Assembly: GCF_902713615.1 (NCBI RefSeq)
Contig: NC_052164.1
Coordinates: forward strand, 9,339,088 to 9,403,087
Source of the DNA: Scyliorhinus canicula
Lineage: Eukaryota
Direction of reading: 5' to 3'
DNA: 64,000 nt
Position numbers and translations under genes: made by a program. The notes under the pieces were generated by a model. It ran no database searches. It saw nothing but the letters and a program-made list of their open reading frames with translations, and was not told where the DNA came from. Positions 1-13,175 of this stretch are shown one piece after another (the stretch's first letter is position 1; every line of letters begins with the position of its first letter).

Positions 1-54
1 TTCTGATCCATGCAGGTCTGTTTACACAAGGCTACTAACTTTCCACCTTACTCT

Positions 55-438
55 GACTTAGACCATAAGACATAGGAGCAGAATTAGGCCACTCGGCCCA
101 TCGGGTCTGCTCTGCCATTCAATCATGGCTGATATTTTTCTCGTCCCCATTCTCCTGCCTTTTCCCCATAACCCCTGATCCCCTTATTAATCAAGAACCT
201 TTCTATCTCTGTCTTAAAGACACTCTGTGATTTGGCCTACACAGCCTTCTGCTGCAAAGGGTTCCACAGATTCACCCACCCTCTGGCTGAAGAAATTCCT
301 CCTCATAGGATCGTCCCTTCAGTCTGAGATGGTGTCCTCTGGTTCTCCTTTTTCCTACTAGTGGAAACATCCTCACCGCATCCGCTCTATCCAGGCCTTG
401 CAATATCCTGTAAGTTTCAATGAGTCCCCCCTCATCCC
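55..438 (-). mobile_element. CR1-clade LINE 3' end (continues at ~4342-4480 after the nested + strand CR1)
   Basis: CR1-type tail (cataaga/cataggagcagaattaggcc) and RT C-terminal coding remnants on the minus strand; the sequence resumes after 4340. Confidence 0.75.
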
Positions 439-1733
439 CAGGGAGTTAGGTAGAAGATTAAAAAGCAGGAGTGCTAGGGTAGTAATCTCAGGATTACTCC
501 CTGTGCCACGTGCTAGCGAGGCTAGAAACAGGGATGTAGTGCAGCTGAACACGTGGCTGAAGAACTGGTGCAGGAGGGAGGGCTTCAGTTTTTTGGATCA
601 TTGGGATGTCTTCCAGGGAAGGTGGGGCCTGTATAGGAAGGAGGACGGGTTACACCTGAACTGGAGGGGCACCAATATCCTGGCTGCGAGGTTTGCTAGT
701 ATGATTCGGGTGGGTTTGAACTAATGTGGCAGGGGGCGGGAATCATAACAGTAAGCCAACACGTGTAGAGACTGGGGATAAGCATGGTACCAGGGTCAGG
801 CTGGCTAAGAGGGAGGGTAAGCTGGGGGAGGTTGAACTCAGTGGGCCTGGAGGTCTAAAGTGTATCTGCTTCAATGCACGATGGATAACGGGTAAGACAG
901 GTGAACTTCGAGCCTTGATTCACGCGCAGAACTTGGATGTGGTTGCGGTAATGGAGACTTGGTTAAAAAAGGGACAGGACTGGCAGCTAAATGTTCTGGG
1001 ATATCGGTGTTTTAGGCGAGAGTTGGGGGAGTTGCAATACTGGTTAGGGAACATAGTACAGCTGTACAGAGGGAGGACACCATGGAAAAATCAAGTAACC
1101 AGGCACTGTGGATAGAGCTCAGAAACAGGAAGGGGGGCAGTCACTACGATGGGGGTGTACTACAGGCCTCCCAACAGACCACGGGAAGGTGAAGAACAAA
1201 TATGTAAGCAGATCCTGGATAGATGTAGAAATAATAGGGTTGCTGTAATGGGAGCTCTTAATTTTCCTCGTATTGACTGGAAATCCCTTGGGGCTAGGGG
1301 TCTGGATGGTGAGGAATATGTTAAGTGTGCCCAGGAAAGTTTTTTGGAACAGTATGTGGATAGGAGGGGGCTATACTGGACCTAGTACTAGGGAACGGGT
1401 GGGTTTAAAAGTTGCAGTGGGAGAACATGTGGTGAACAGTGATCATAATTCCGTGAGCTTTCGGATATTCATGGAAAAGGAGGAGTGTTGTCCGAGGGTT
1501 AAGGTGCTAATTTGGGGGAAGGCTAACTCCAACCAGATTAGGCAGGATTTGGAGGCTGTTGTTTGGGAGAGGCAGTTTGAGGGCAAATCCACATTTGGCA
1601 TGTGGGAGTCTTTTAAGGAGCAGTTGATGGGAGTGCAGGACAGGCATGTGCCGATGAAAAGGAAAGGCAGGGTTCAGGAACCGTGGCTGACCAGGGAAAT
1701 TTCGAGTCCAGTCAAAAAGAAAAAGGATGCATA

Positions 1734-2080
1734 TCATAGAATTTACAGTGCAGAAGGAGGCCTTTCGGCCCATCGAGTCTGCACTGGCTCTTGTAAAGAG
1801 CACCCTACCCAAGCCCACACCCCCACCCTGTCCCCGTAACCCAGTAACCCCTCCCAACACTAAGGGCAATTTTGGACACTAATGGCAATTTAGCGTGGCC
1901 AATCCACCTAACCTGCACATCTTTGGACTGTGGGAGGAAACCGGAGCACCCGGAGGAAACCCACGCACACACGGGGAGGATGTGCAGACTCCGGACAGAC
2001 AGTGACCCAAGCCGGGAATCGAACCTGCGACCCTGGAGATGTGAAGCAATTGTGCTATCCACTGTGCTACCGTGCTGCCC
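1734..2080 (-). mobile_element. HE1/V-SINE type B (CR1-type tail) inserted in CR1
   Basis: tRNA-like head with A/B boxes, V-domain core, tail ...ttctgcactgtaaattctatga. Confidence 0.9.
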
Positions 2081-2535
2081 AATGTGAGGCCTAGGCAACT
2101 AAAAACAGATGGAGCACTTAAAGAATACAACAAAAGTATAAAAAAGCTCAAGCAGGAAATTAGGAGGGCAAAAAGGGTCACGAAATGTCCTTGGCAGACA
2201 GGATTAAGGGGAATCCCAAGGCATTTTATACATATATTAGGGACAAGAGAGTAGCTGGAGAAAGAATTGGTCCAATCAAGGACAACGGAGGGAAATTATG
2301 CGTAGAACCAAAGGAAGTAGGGAGATCCTTAATGAGTATTTTGCATCGGTCTTCACAAAGAAGAGAGACACGTTGTTTGGTGGTATCTCAGAGGGATATG
2401 TAAATACTTTCGAACAGGTCGTTGTTACGAGGGAGGAAGTGTTAGGCGTGTTAAAAAGCATTAAGGTAGATAGATCCCCAGGGCCAGATGGCATCCAACC
2501 CAGATTACTGAGGGAGGCAAGAGATGAAGAGAAGA

Positions 2536-2899
2536 GGGCAGCACGGTAGCATGGTGGTTAGCATAAATGCTTCACAGCTCCAGGGTCCCAGGTTCGATTC
2601 CCGGCTGGGTCACTGTCTGTGCGGAGTCTGCACGTCCTCCCCGTGTGTGCGTGGGTTTCCTCCGGGTGCTCCGGTTTCCTCCCACAGTCCCAAGATGTGC
2701 GGGTTAGGTGGATTGGCCATGATAAATTGCCCGTAGTGTCCTAAAAAGTAAGGTTAAGGGGGGGGGGGGGGGGGTTGTTGGGTTACGGGTATAGGGCGGA
2801 TACGTGGGTTTGAGTAGGGTGATCATTGCTCGGCACAACATCGAGGGCCGAAGGGCCTGTTCTGTGCTGTACTGTTCTATGTTCTATGTTCTATGTTCT
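2536..2899 (+). mobile_element. HE1/V-SINE type A inserted in CR1
   Basis: Head gggcagcacggtagcatggtggttagc, core gggtttcctccgggtgctccggtttcctcccac, (TTCTATG)n tail. Confidence 0.92.
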
Positions 2900-4990
2900 G
2901 TGAAATTGCTGGGCCTCTAACAGAAATCTTTGTTTCCTCGTTGGCCGACGGTGAGATCCCAGAGGATTGGAGGATAGCAAATGTTGTCCTGTTATTTAAG
3001 AAAGGTAGCAAGGATAACCCGGGTAATTATAGGCCAGTGAGCTAAACGTCAGTGATAGTGAAATTGTTGGAAAAGATTCTCAGAGATAGGATCTATGCAT
3101 ATTTTAAGTGAATGGTCTTATTAGCGACAGGCAGCATGGTTTTGTACGAGGGAGGTCATGTCTCATTCATTTAATTGAGTTTTTTGAAGATGTGACAAAA
3201 ATGATTGACAAGGGAACGGCTGTGGATGTTATCTACATGGACTTCAGTAAAGCATTTCACAAAATCCCTCATGGCAGGCTGGTACAAAAGATTAAATCAC
3301 ACGGTGTCAGGGGTGAACTAACTAGATGGATTCAGAACACAGAGGGTAGCAGTGGAAGGATGTTTTTCCGAATGGAGGTCTGTAACTAGTGGTGTCCCTC
3401 AGGGATCAGTATTGGGATCTCTGCTGTTTGTAATATATAAATGACTTGGAAGAAAATGGAGCTGGTCTGATTAGCAAGTTTGCGGATGATGCTAAGGTTG
3501 CTGGAGTTGTGGATAGTGATGAAGATTGTCAGAGAACAGGATATAGATAGGCTGCAAAATTGGGCAGAGAAATGGCAGATGGAATTTAACCTGGACAAAT
3601 GCATTTTGGGAGATCCAATTGAGGGGGGAGCTGTAAAATAAATGGCGAATCATCAGGAACATAGACACACAGAGAGATCTGGGCGTGCAGGTCCACAAAT
3701 CCTTAAAAGTGGCAGCACAGGTGGAAATGGCGGTAAAGAAAGCATATGGCTTGCCTTCATTGGATGGGATATTGAGTATAAAAGCTCGCAAATTATAGAA
3801 CGTTGGTTAGGCCACATTTGGAATACCGTGTCCAATTCTGGTCACCGCACTGCCAGAAAGACGTGGAGGCTTTGGAGAGAGTACAGAAAAGGTTTACCAG
3901 GATGTTGCCTGGAATGGAAGGTATTAACTATGAAGAGAAATTGAATAAACTGGGATTGTTCTCCCGAGAGAGATGGAGGCTGAGGGGCGACCTGATGGAA
4001 GTTTATAAAATTCTGAGGGGTATAGATGGGGTGAAGAGTTGGAGCCTTTTTCCCAGGGTGGAAATGACAATTACAAGGGGGCACAAGTTCACGGTGAAGG
4101 GGGATAGGTTCAGTGGAGATGTGTGGGGGAAGTTTTTTTGCACAGAGCGGTGGTGGCCTGGAATGGACTGCCAAGTGAGATGGTTCAGGCAGATATGTTA
4201 GCGACCTTTAAGACTTATCTGGATGGACACATGAACAGATGGGGTATAGAAGGATATAGGTGGTTGGTCTAGATAGGACACGTGATTGGCGCAGGCTTGG
4301 AGGGCCGAAGGGCCTGTTCCTATGCTGTACTGTTCTTTGTTTATCCTTCGAAACACCAACAAGTGTAGACCCAGATTCCTCAACCACTTCTCCTATGACA
4401 AGCTCTTAATTCCAGGGATCATTCTTGTGAACCTTCTCTGGACCCTTTCCAAGGCTAGCACATCCTTCCTTCAATATGGGGCCTTGAGGAAGCAGTGCTA
4501 ACCACTGTGCCACCGTTGCCGCTCGAACCTTCTCCTTAGTGATAACCAGTACACTCAACTCTGCCCCTGACTCTCCAGAAGTTCTGGTATCCCGCTGGTG
4601 AATTCCACCATGAAGACTGATGCAAAGTAATTATTCAGTTCCTCTGCCATTTCTTTGTTTCCTTTTATTCTGGGTCACTGACGGGCTTCTAGTTGTAGGG
4701 ACTGTGCTTGCCTCTGACTAACCTTACCTGCCACTTGGCGACAAACAAGAGCAACAAATCCCCAAGTCACCGGCAATGAGGTTCGCTGTTTGCACTTGGT
4801 TTGGGCAATGTGGGCAGCAAGCTTGAAGGAAATGGATGGCACGGACAAGCTGGGCCGAAGGGCCTTTTTCCATGCTGGAAACATCTATGACTCTATGAAA
4901 GAACGTGCATTTCATGCACTTTGCAGCTAGTAAAGTACTTTTTGAAGTGTGGTCACTGTGATAAGGTGGGGAAATTCTGCAGCCAATTTA

Positions 4991-5103
4991 TGAAAATGAA
5001 AAAATGAAAATCGCTTATTGTCACGCGTCGGCTTCAATGAAGTTACTGTGAAAAGCCACTAGTCGCCACATTCCGGTGCCTGTTCGGGAAGGCTGGTACG
5101 GGA
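4991..5103 (-). mobile_element. SINE type D (TTTCA tail), 5'-truncated, inside an older Deu-SINE remnant
   Basis: Matches the 3' half of the copies at 15535 and 21160. Confidence 0.75.
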
Positions 5104-5880
5104 TTTATGCACAGCAAGATCCCAGAAATCGGGCGACGAGTGATTGGCCAAGCAGTCAGTCGCTTGAATGGTAAATATTGGCCAGGACACCGGGGAGAAC
5201 TGGTCAATGATAACTTTAAACTAGTGCTACTGGGATTGTTTCCTTCCACCAGAGAGGGCAGACTGGGTCCCTCTCTCATTCAAGCATTGGGAGTTGAATG
5301 AAGGCTCCCTGGGATGAGCCCCGATTTTCCCAGTTGACTTGCAGAGTGCGCCACAAGTTACTCCAGCAAGAACAGCTGCCTGTTGTTTTCTAAAATGTAT
5401 TTGCTTGGGATTCGAATCCAGGAAATGCTGATGTCATGGGGCAAGTGAACACAGTGACAGCTGTGCACTTTGTTGTGCAGTGAATCAAAAGTCCATTATA
5501 ATCAATGCCATAAGACTGATGTTAGCAGGTGATTCCTTCAGCCGAAAGTAAAAGGGCAGGGGGATGGGAGGCAGAATAAATCAAAAGGATTTTTTTCCCC
5601 CTTGATGTCATTGAGCTGCAGCCAGCATTGAAATCTTCCTGATTTCATCACCAGCGAGTCTTTATCTTTTATTCATGGGGTGTGATCCTCGCTGGACGGG
5701 CCAGTGTTTATTACCCATCCCTAATTACCCCTGAGAAAGGTCGTGGTGAGCTGCGGCCTTAAACCGCTGCAGTCCTTGAGGTGTAGGTAGGCATTAAGAG
5801 CTGGGTTATTAAGAGTAATGAATATCACAGCGCAACTTACAGACAAAACATTTGCTTTCCTCTAATAATTTGATGCTCTT

Positions 5881-6228
5881 GGGCAGCACGGTAGCATGGT
5901 GGTTAGCATAAATGCTTCACAGCTCCAGGGTCCCAGGTTCAGTTCCCGGCTGGGTCACTGTCTGTGCGGAGTCTGCACGTCCTCCCCGTGTGTGCGTGGC
6001 TTTCCTCCGGGTGCTCCGGTTTCCTCCCACAGCCCAAAGATGTGCGGGTTAGGTGGATTGGCCATGCTAAATTGCCCGTAGTGTCCTAAAAAGTAAGGTT
6101 AAGGGGGGGGCTTGTTGGGTTACGGGTATAGGGTGGATACGTGGGTTTGATTAGGGTGATCATTGCTCGGCACAACATCGAGGGCCGAAAGGCCTGTTCT
6201 GTGCTGTACTGTTCTATGTTCTATGTTC
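5881..6228 (+). mobile_element. HE1/V-SINE type A
   Basis: Near-identical to 2536-2899. Confidence 0.92.
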
Positions 6229-6247
6229 TTCATATTTAGAAGCAGAT

Positions 6248-6474
6248 TGGGTGGCATGCGGCGCAGTGGTTAGCACTGGGACTGCGGCACTGAGGACCCG
6301 GATTCGAATCCCGGCTCTGGGCCACTGTCCATGTGGAGTTTGCACATTCTCCCCGTGTCTGCGTGGGTCTCACCCCCACAACCCAAAGATGTGCAGGGTA
6401 GGTGGATTGGCCACGCTAAATTGACCCTTAATTGGAAAAAGAAAATAATTGGGTACTCTAAATTTATTTTAAAA
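6248..6474 (+). mobile_element. Short A-tailed V-SINE type C
   Basis: tRNA head and shortened core; 16-bp TSD atatttagaagcagat. Confidence 0.9.
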
Positions 6475-7633
6475 ATATTTAGAAGCAGATAATATTCCAG
6501 ATAATTGGTGTCTAGCTGCGGTACAAAGCAGTAATGCTCTGCCACAATCTAGTCTTATATTTTACTCCTTCTCCCAGCCCCACCGTGGCCAACTCCCACT
6601 CACACTGCTCCTCAGCCTGAGGTTACATGTCAGCTGGGATATTGTTCCCTGTGTGATAACAGCCTCACCCCTGACTGCTTATTAAATTCTTTGCACAAAT
6701 CCCAACAATGAATGTTGACGGTTGAGAAGGATGTCACTGCCCCAGGAGCAGTTCTGTCCCCCAGCCAATAGCGATTCCTGTGCAGGCACAAACGCACACT
6801 TGTACTCATGGTTTGGTATCACATCATGCAGTCCACTTATCTCTTTGTTGCTACCTGTGCTGGAGAATGATTTACAGCTACAGCTCGCATTTGCACAGTG
6901 CCCCGAGCACAGTTAAACATTCAAAGTCACTTCATAGGAACCCAAGGCCGCTGCGACTAATGTCCAAACTGGGCGTTGACCGAAAGCGGCAGAATTGTTG
7001 GGCGGTTGGGTTTGGGAGCGGGGGGGGGGAAAGTTAAGTGGCAGCAAAAAAACGGAATGAACTATTCACGAAATGACCAGAAGTAAACAAACAGGCTTCA
7101 GCAGTGAGAATGAAAGGTCTGAATGTACGGATCTACATCCAGATATACTCCCATAGACATTAGTATTTACACTGCAGTCTTTCACAAAATTTCAAATGAT
7201 ATTCCTCATGCTGCTTATGGGACTGTTTCCTAAATTTGTGCATCTACGTGATTATTGCAAAACTGCAAAGCAGTGAAGAATATCAAACCATTAAATATCA
7301 TCTGGCTCATTCAATGGTGATGATGATTGATTGTGTAATTTGCACATAAAATCATCGCGCAACTACTATATCATGTGAGCCATGTTACACATTAAAATGT
7401 GGATTTCTCTTCTATTATATATTCTATTTAAAGTGTGGAACAATGGAGAATATTTCCCTTTTTCATGCAAAATGCATCTAACTATAATGCAGAATTTCTA
7501 TTCATTTTTGAAGGTTAAATATGGGGGGAGGGGGGAGGTCAAGGGTAACTAATACTCTTGAACCTGCAGGGACATCTTCAAACCAAATTTGACGCCAAGC
7601 TGCATAAGGAGGTATTGGAACAGTGGGAAGTGG

Positions 7634-7867
7634 TTTATTTATTTAAGAATTAATTTTGAGTGCCCAATTATTATTTCCCAATTAAGGGGCAATTTAGCGT
7701 GGCCATTCCACCTACCCTGCACATGTTTGGGTTGTGGGGGTGAGACCCACGCAGACACGGGGAGAATCTGCAAACTCCGCACGGACAGTGACCCAGGACC
7801 GGGATCGCACCCTGGTCCTCAGTGCCATGAGGCAGCAGTGCTAACTACTGTGCCACCGTGCCGCCCC
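7634..7867 (-). mobile_element. V-SINE type C inside a decayed L2-like fragment (~7560-8280)
   Basis: TSD cagtgggaagtgg. Confidence 0.85.
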
Positions 7868-9223
7868 AGTGGGAAGTGGGCTTTAAGGAGCCTCTGAAAG
7901 ACTGAGAGAGAGAGATAGAGAAGCAGAAAGGTTTAGCAAGGGAATTCGAGAGATTGTGGTCTAGATAGCTGAACGCCTGGTCACCACTGGAGGGATGATG
8001 AACATTGAGGATGTGCAAGAGGCCAGAATTGGAGGAGCGTGGAGCTCTTGGAGAGTTGGAGGGGATCAGAGATTGAGAGCGGTGAGGCCATGGAGGGATT
8101 TGAAAATCAGGCTAAGAAATAAATTGGGTCCGTGCTGGATCGGTAGCCAGTGTAGGTCAGTGTGCACAGGGGTTATGGGCGACCAGGATTTGGTATGAGT
8201 TGGGACACAAGAGGGAGAGCGTTTTGGATGAATTTAAGTTTACAGAGAGGGACGATAGGCTGGAGAGTATTGGAACAGTAGAGCTTTCTTTAGTTGGATG
8301 GTATAACATGGGACAAATCCAGCCTGGAGAATATTAAGTTTCGTTGATTGCCATATTATGAAGCAATTCACCATTCTCGCATTCTGTTATGCACAGCTAT
8401 AACAGGACCTGTCTGTTGCAAGATTGGCCCAAATGTGACAATCATACCATATGTACTTCACTAAATGGAGGGGATGGTGCCAGTGTCTTTTGGCTCCTCG
8501 AATGTGCAGCTGACACTTTAATTGTTCAAACTGGACGTGGATTGTTGGCAGCACAGGGCTGTTTTATTTTACCACTTCCTCACTGATGCAAAGATCCTGG
8601 GAAATGCTTATCCAGCGGATGCCAAATCCAGTTGCATTTCTTTCTTTGACTATTTCTTCAGGAAGGTACCTTTTCCAGGGTGGAAGCCTCAGTGTAGCAA
8701 CTGAAAGAACTGATTGGTGCTTTTTGTGTTGTCATGGTTGCAGCTGACCTGTTCAGAGGCCAAAGGTTAATCACTGGTTTAATGTTTGGCACCTTGAGCC
8801 TAGAAGCCTGGACGCTTGGGCAGATTAGTTCTACAGGGATCATTTCTCAGGATGTCCTAAAGTGGGGAAATCTTGAATGAACGAACAATCTGTTCCCACT
8901 TGATAGATGCACAATATTGATCGCCAGAGTATTTCTAGAATGTCACCATTCTGTGTACATCATCTCTGTCACTTCATGCTCACTGTTTCTCTCTGATGCT
9001 TTCAAGTGCTGGAAACCGGGATTAGGTGCTTGAAGGCTGTCACAGGCACGATGGGCCAAATGGCCTGTTTCTGTGCCGTAAACCTTTCTGACCATCCTTT
9101 TGCAAATTACAGCAGTAGTCCCACATTCCCAAAACATTCCCTTGTTCTTACCGAGCGCCTTTAACCTGTTGCTCAATGTTGCTCTGTTTTAATGGCTATA
9201 AATATAGTGGTTAATCTTAATCT

Positions 9224-10032
9224 TAATTATGAATATGCTTTCAGAGTCGCCAGGTATCCCTTGATGCCGCCACAACCGAATATCGATCAAAGAGCCAATG
9301 CACCAGTTAGTTAGTTCAAAGTCAGTGGTACTTCATTTACACACAGTATGATTCACTCATGCACAATAACACTACAGGCTAAACTATATCTATCACTAAT
9401 GCCTATACTTAACTCCAGGTGCCCACTCAGTCAGAGGAACAATGGCCGTTGTTTGGATCTGAGGCTGTTGGGTTCGAAGAGGTAACAGGAGTGTAGCTAT
9501 GGTTGTCCGTCCGATAGCGAGCGTTGAACTTACTGCTTCTGGTGGTGTAGGTGGAGGGGTCTCTCCAGTTGAGAGCTGAATCCAAGAGAGCGAACACATG
9601 GCGGGGTTCCTTCTTATACTTTGGGGGGGGGGGGTTTCTCGTGCTTTTAGACGAGCCTTAAACTTGGTCCCAATCAATTGGGCAGCTTCTTGATCACCGC
9701 CATTGATCTGAGCCAACAAGGGGGTGGGTGCCTTGATGGCTGGGCGTGTCCTAAGTGGCCGTTGGCCTGGCTTTATTTGGATCTTCTTGCTGAGGTAGTG
9801 GCGCCGGACTGTCTGGGACGGTATCGGCTACCTGAGCACTAGCCTTTTGTTCATCGGAGATGGGCCATCAATGTGCAAATCGGCCAAGAGTTTTGATTCC
9901 GCCTGCAGTCTGTCTTCCAAATACATATTCAGGCTCTGTGCCTGCTCGTTACTTTGCATTGTTCCATTTTTCCCTGTATGCTCGGCGAGTGTCCATTTTA
10001 TATGCTGGAAGTGGCCATCCCAGATGGCTACA
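9224..10032 (-). mobile_element. Probable solo LTR
   Basis: ~800 bp non-coding block ending ...gatggctaca with LTR-like composition; left end and TSD unclear. Confidence 0.4.
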
Positions 10033-10413
10033 AACCTCAGTGAAGATTATTCTCGCTTTTAAATCCCTCCATGGTTATAACTACCTGACCGTGGGAATCA
10101 CCACCAGCCTGATTCCCCCCCCCCCCCCCCCCTTGGCACTCTAATAATGCTTTGCTCCCTGATCCCTGCCTGACCATTGGTGACCACTATTTACCCACTC
10201 TGCTACAGTCACCTGGAACCCCCTCCTCCAGATGCCTTCACCTTCCTTCACCCATCCTGCTTTTGCAGGCTGGGTGGGTGGGTAAATCTCGCCCAATGTT
10301 CCAGGTCGCTGAGCTTCCAGTAAAACCACTTTTCATCGGATAACCTCTCGTTCTTACACTTTCAATTTCACTCAGTTGCCTAAAATATTTACCCAGTGAA
10401 GATCCTATCTTCG

Positions 10414-10633
10414 TGGGCGGCACGGTGGTGCAGTGGTTAGCACTGCTACCACATGGCGCTGAGGACCCGGGTTCGATCCCAGCCACGGTCACTGTGTGGA
10501 GTTTGCACATTCTCTCCGTGGGTCTCAGCCCTCACAACCCAAAGATGTGCAGGGTAGGTGGATTGGCCACGCTAAATTGCCCCTTAATTAGAAAAAAATA
10601 ATAATTGGGTACTCTAAATTTATTTGAAAAGAA
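10414..10633 (+). mobile_element. V-SINE type C
   Basis: 16-bp TSD gaagatcctatcttcg. Confidence 0.9.
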
Positions 10634-11019
10634 GAAGATCCTATCTTCGATATTGGATGGGATTGCTGCAGCGTAACCAGTTAACCGAGCATTTAATCGT
10701 ATCCCTGATCTTTAGTGGGCTTTTTTCCCCCATCAACCTGTAACTTCCCAAATAATTTTTTAAAATCATTTTACTGTTGTGGCATAGCTTTTAGAAACCT
10801 CTGCCTCGGCAACCAAAGGTGAGAGATGCCTCCCGATCTCTCGTTAAAACCTCTTTGACTCTCTCTTCTCCGAGGCTGAGGTGCAGTTTTTTGCCTCCCC
10901 CACCATTGGCAGCTGCTCTTTCAGCCCATTCCACCTTTCTCGAACTCGCTCACTGAGTAAATTCTTCAATGGAATCTACACGAGCCGATGGAGAGCCGTG
11001 CGATGCAATGCGCAGCAAT

Positions 11020-11335
11020 ATGAAAGACTTGCATTTATATAGCGACTTTCTCAATCTCAACGCACCTCAAAGCACTTTACAACCAATTAGGTTATTTAAA
11101 AGTGTAGCCTTTGTTGTAATGTGCAAAACGTGGCAGCCAATTTGCATGTATCGAGCCCCGTCTAACAGCCGAATGTTGGCTAAGACAGTAGAAGTCCCGT
11201 GCTCCTCTTCAAATACTGCTGTGGGATCTCTTGCTCCCTCTGTGTTGCGCTGGGAGCACCAAGCTGGCTTACATGCTCCAGTCCCTGGAGGGAGAATTGA
11301 ACCCACTGCTGCCTGACTCCGAAATGAGAGTGCCA
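11020..11335 (-). mobile_element. Old Deu-domain SINE (SacSINE1/AmnSINE-like) remnant
   Basis: aaagacttgcatttatatagcg tail, gggatct motif and tRNA-like head; similar to 53535-53975. Confidence 0.6.
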
Positions 11336-12058
11336 CAGTTCAGGTGTATTAACATGTCCACAGCTTGTTGTGTATTCACGTTTCCTCCCAGTTGGAACAA
11401 GGTCACGTGAGGCCGATCATTTGACGTACTGATGACGCCACTAGCTGTTTGTGCAGGCACACAGGCAGTCTATCCTAACAGCCTGCAGACTAAACACCTT
11501 TCCAATGAAACTCTTGTTTGTGATCTGCCAGCCTAACCAAATACCACACAGGTATACTTTCAAAATGATTTTCCAGCCATGCTTTGACAAAGCAGTTCTA
11601 GTGTCGGGAAATACAATACGAAAGATTCTCAAGTGCTTTAATTTTCTGAGTGACTCATAGCATTCAATGAAGGGCTGGTTATATTTTTAAATGACGTGTT
11701 TAGAACAGTCTATTACTCCTGAAATTGGGTCAGTTAATGTGACGATAGCCAAATTACTGTTAAACAATTTGAAAATCATGGCGTTGTAATGGAGGACCGA
11801 CTGAGAATATTCGGTAGTTTCCAAGAGATATTTGCAGAGCCTTCTTGTGTCCCCTGGGAATAACACTTGGCTGCTTGAATTCTTTATCTCTGATTCAAAC
11901 AGATGCCTGGGACTGAATCTCTCTCCCATCTGTCTCTGCCTTCAGGATATATAATTTATGCTTTTATAAGCGGTGATCCTTAATCAAAACAAGACCAAAC
12001 TCTCAAGTGCCTTCAAGGATTTGCTTTTTCTTCCCTGCCCCCTCCAACCAGTTTCCTG

Positions 12059-12901
12059 AGCCGGGATTCTCCCCTACCCGGCGGGGCGGGGGGTGTCGGA
12101 GCGGCGTGAACCACTCCGGCGTCGGGCCGCCCCAAATGTGCGGAAGTCTCCGCACCTTTAGGGGACAAGCCCTCACATTGAGGGGCTAGGCCCGCATCGG
12201 AGTGGTTCCCACTCCGCCGGCTGGCGTCAACGGCCTTTGGCACCACGCCAGCCGGGCCGAAAGGACTTCGCCGGCCGGCATAAGTCCGCGCATGTGCCGG
12301 TGTGTCAGCGGCTGCTGACGTAACACCGGCGCATGCGCAGGGGAGGGGGTCTCTTCATGGCAGGGGCGGAAGAAAAAGAGTGCCCCCACGGCACACGCCC
12401 GCCCGCCGATTGGTGGGCCCCGATCGCGGGCCAGGCCACCGTGGGGGCACCTCCCGGGGTCAGATCCCCCCCCCCCCCCCACCAGGACCCCGGAGCCCGC
12501 CCGCGCCGCCAATCCCGCCGCTAAGAGAGGTGGTTTAAACCACGCTGGCGGGAGAGGCCTGTCTGCGGCGGGACTTCGGCCCATTGTGGGCCGGAGAATC
12601 ACTGCGGGGGGGCCCGCCGACCGGCGCGGCGCAATTCCCGCCCCCGCCGAATCTCTGGGGGCGGAGAATTCGGGACACGGCGGGGGTGGTATTGATTTTT
12701 TAAAATGAATTTAGAGTACCCAATTCATTGTTCCAATTAAGGGGCAATTTAGCATGGCCAATCCACCTAGCCCACACATCTTTGGGTTGTGGGGGCGAAA
12801 CCCACGCAAACACGGGGAGAATGTGCAAACTCCGGGGGTAGTATTGATGCCGGCCCCAGGCGATTCCCCGACCCTCCCGGGGGGGTCGGAGAATTCCGCC
12901 T
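12059..12901 (-). mobile_element. GC-rich non-autonomous TIR element (PIF/Harbinger-like MITE) with nested SINE
   Basis: Ends AGCCGGGATTCTCC / GGAGAATTCCGCCT, flanked by CTG on both sides; inverted copy of 17869-18538. Truncated type C SINE at 12697-12832 with 16-bp TSD cgggggtRgtattgat. Confidence 0.85.
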
Positions 12902-13175
12902 CTGATTCTCGTTGGCCACAGGTCTCTCTGATGGGTCAGGAGGTTCCAGATGCCACACCTATTACTCACATTTCAGCCCAATCCGAGATCACAACCCAAT
13001 GCTTTTGTTGCTGTGCGATGAGAACCGGAGGCTAAATCGTGTCTGCCATGGTAAAATAGTGTGTGCTCAGTGCTGAAGAATAACGTATTGACAGCAGAAA
13101 TCGCCCAGTTATTTCAGATAGAATGTCAGGACATTAGCTGCCCCCTCTCATCTACTGCCCAACCATCAACATAGT

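Larger units (their letters stand above)
439..4341 (+). mobile_element. Decayed near-full-length CR1/HER1-like LINE: ORF1 SGNH esterase, ORF2 APE endonuclease and RT
   Basis: ORF1 fragment VVISGLLPV...DGLHLN...G. APE motifs LKCICFNAR, METWL, GVYYRPP, NSDHN. RT motifs QHGF..GRSC, DVIYMDFSKAF, RPHLEY.VQFWSP. CR1 3' tail. Many frameshifts; interrupted by two SINEs. Confidence 0.93.

Noticed and set aside
2536-2610. tRNA genes at the many A-box/B-box heads
   Set aside because: Each continues into a SINE core and tail; these are SINE heads, not tRNA genes.
5896-6081. Recurrent ORFs such as LGHCLCGVCTSSPCVRGFPPGAPVSSHSPK
   Set aside because: Translations of SINE copies, not a protein family.
12059-12700. 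CpG-island promoter or GC-rich ORFs
   Set aside because: Bounded by TIRs and TSDs and repeated elsewhere in the window, so it is a MITE.
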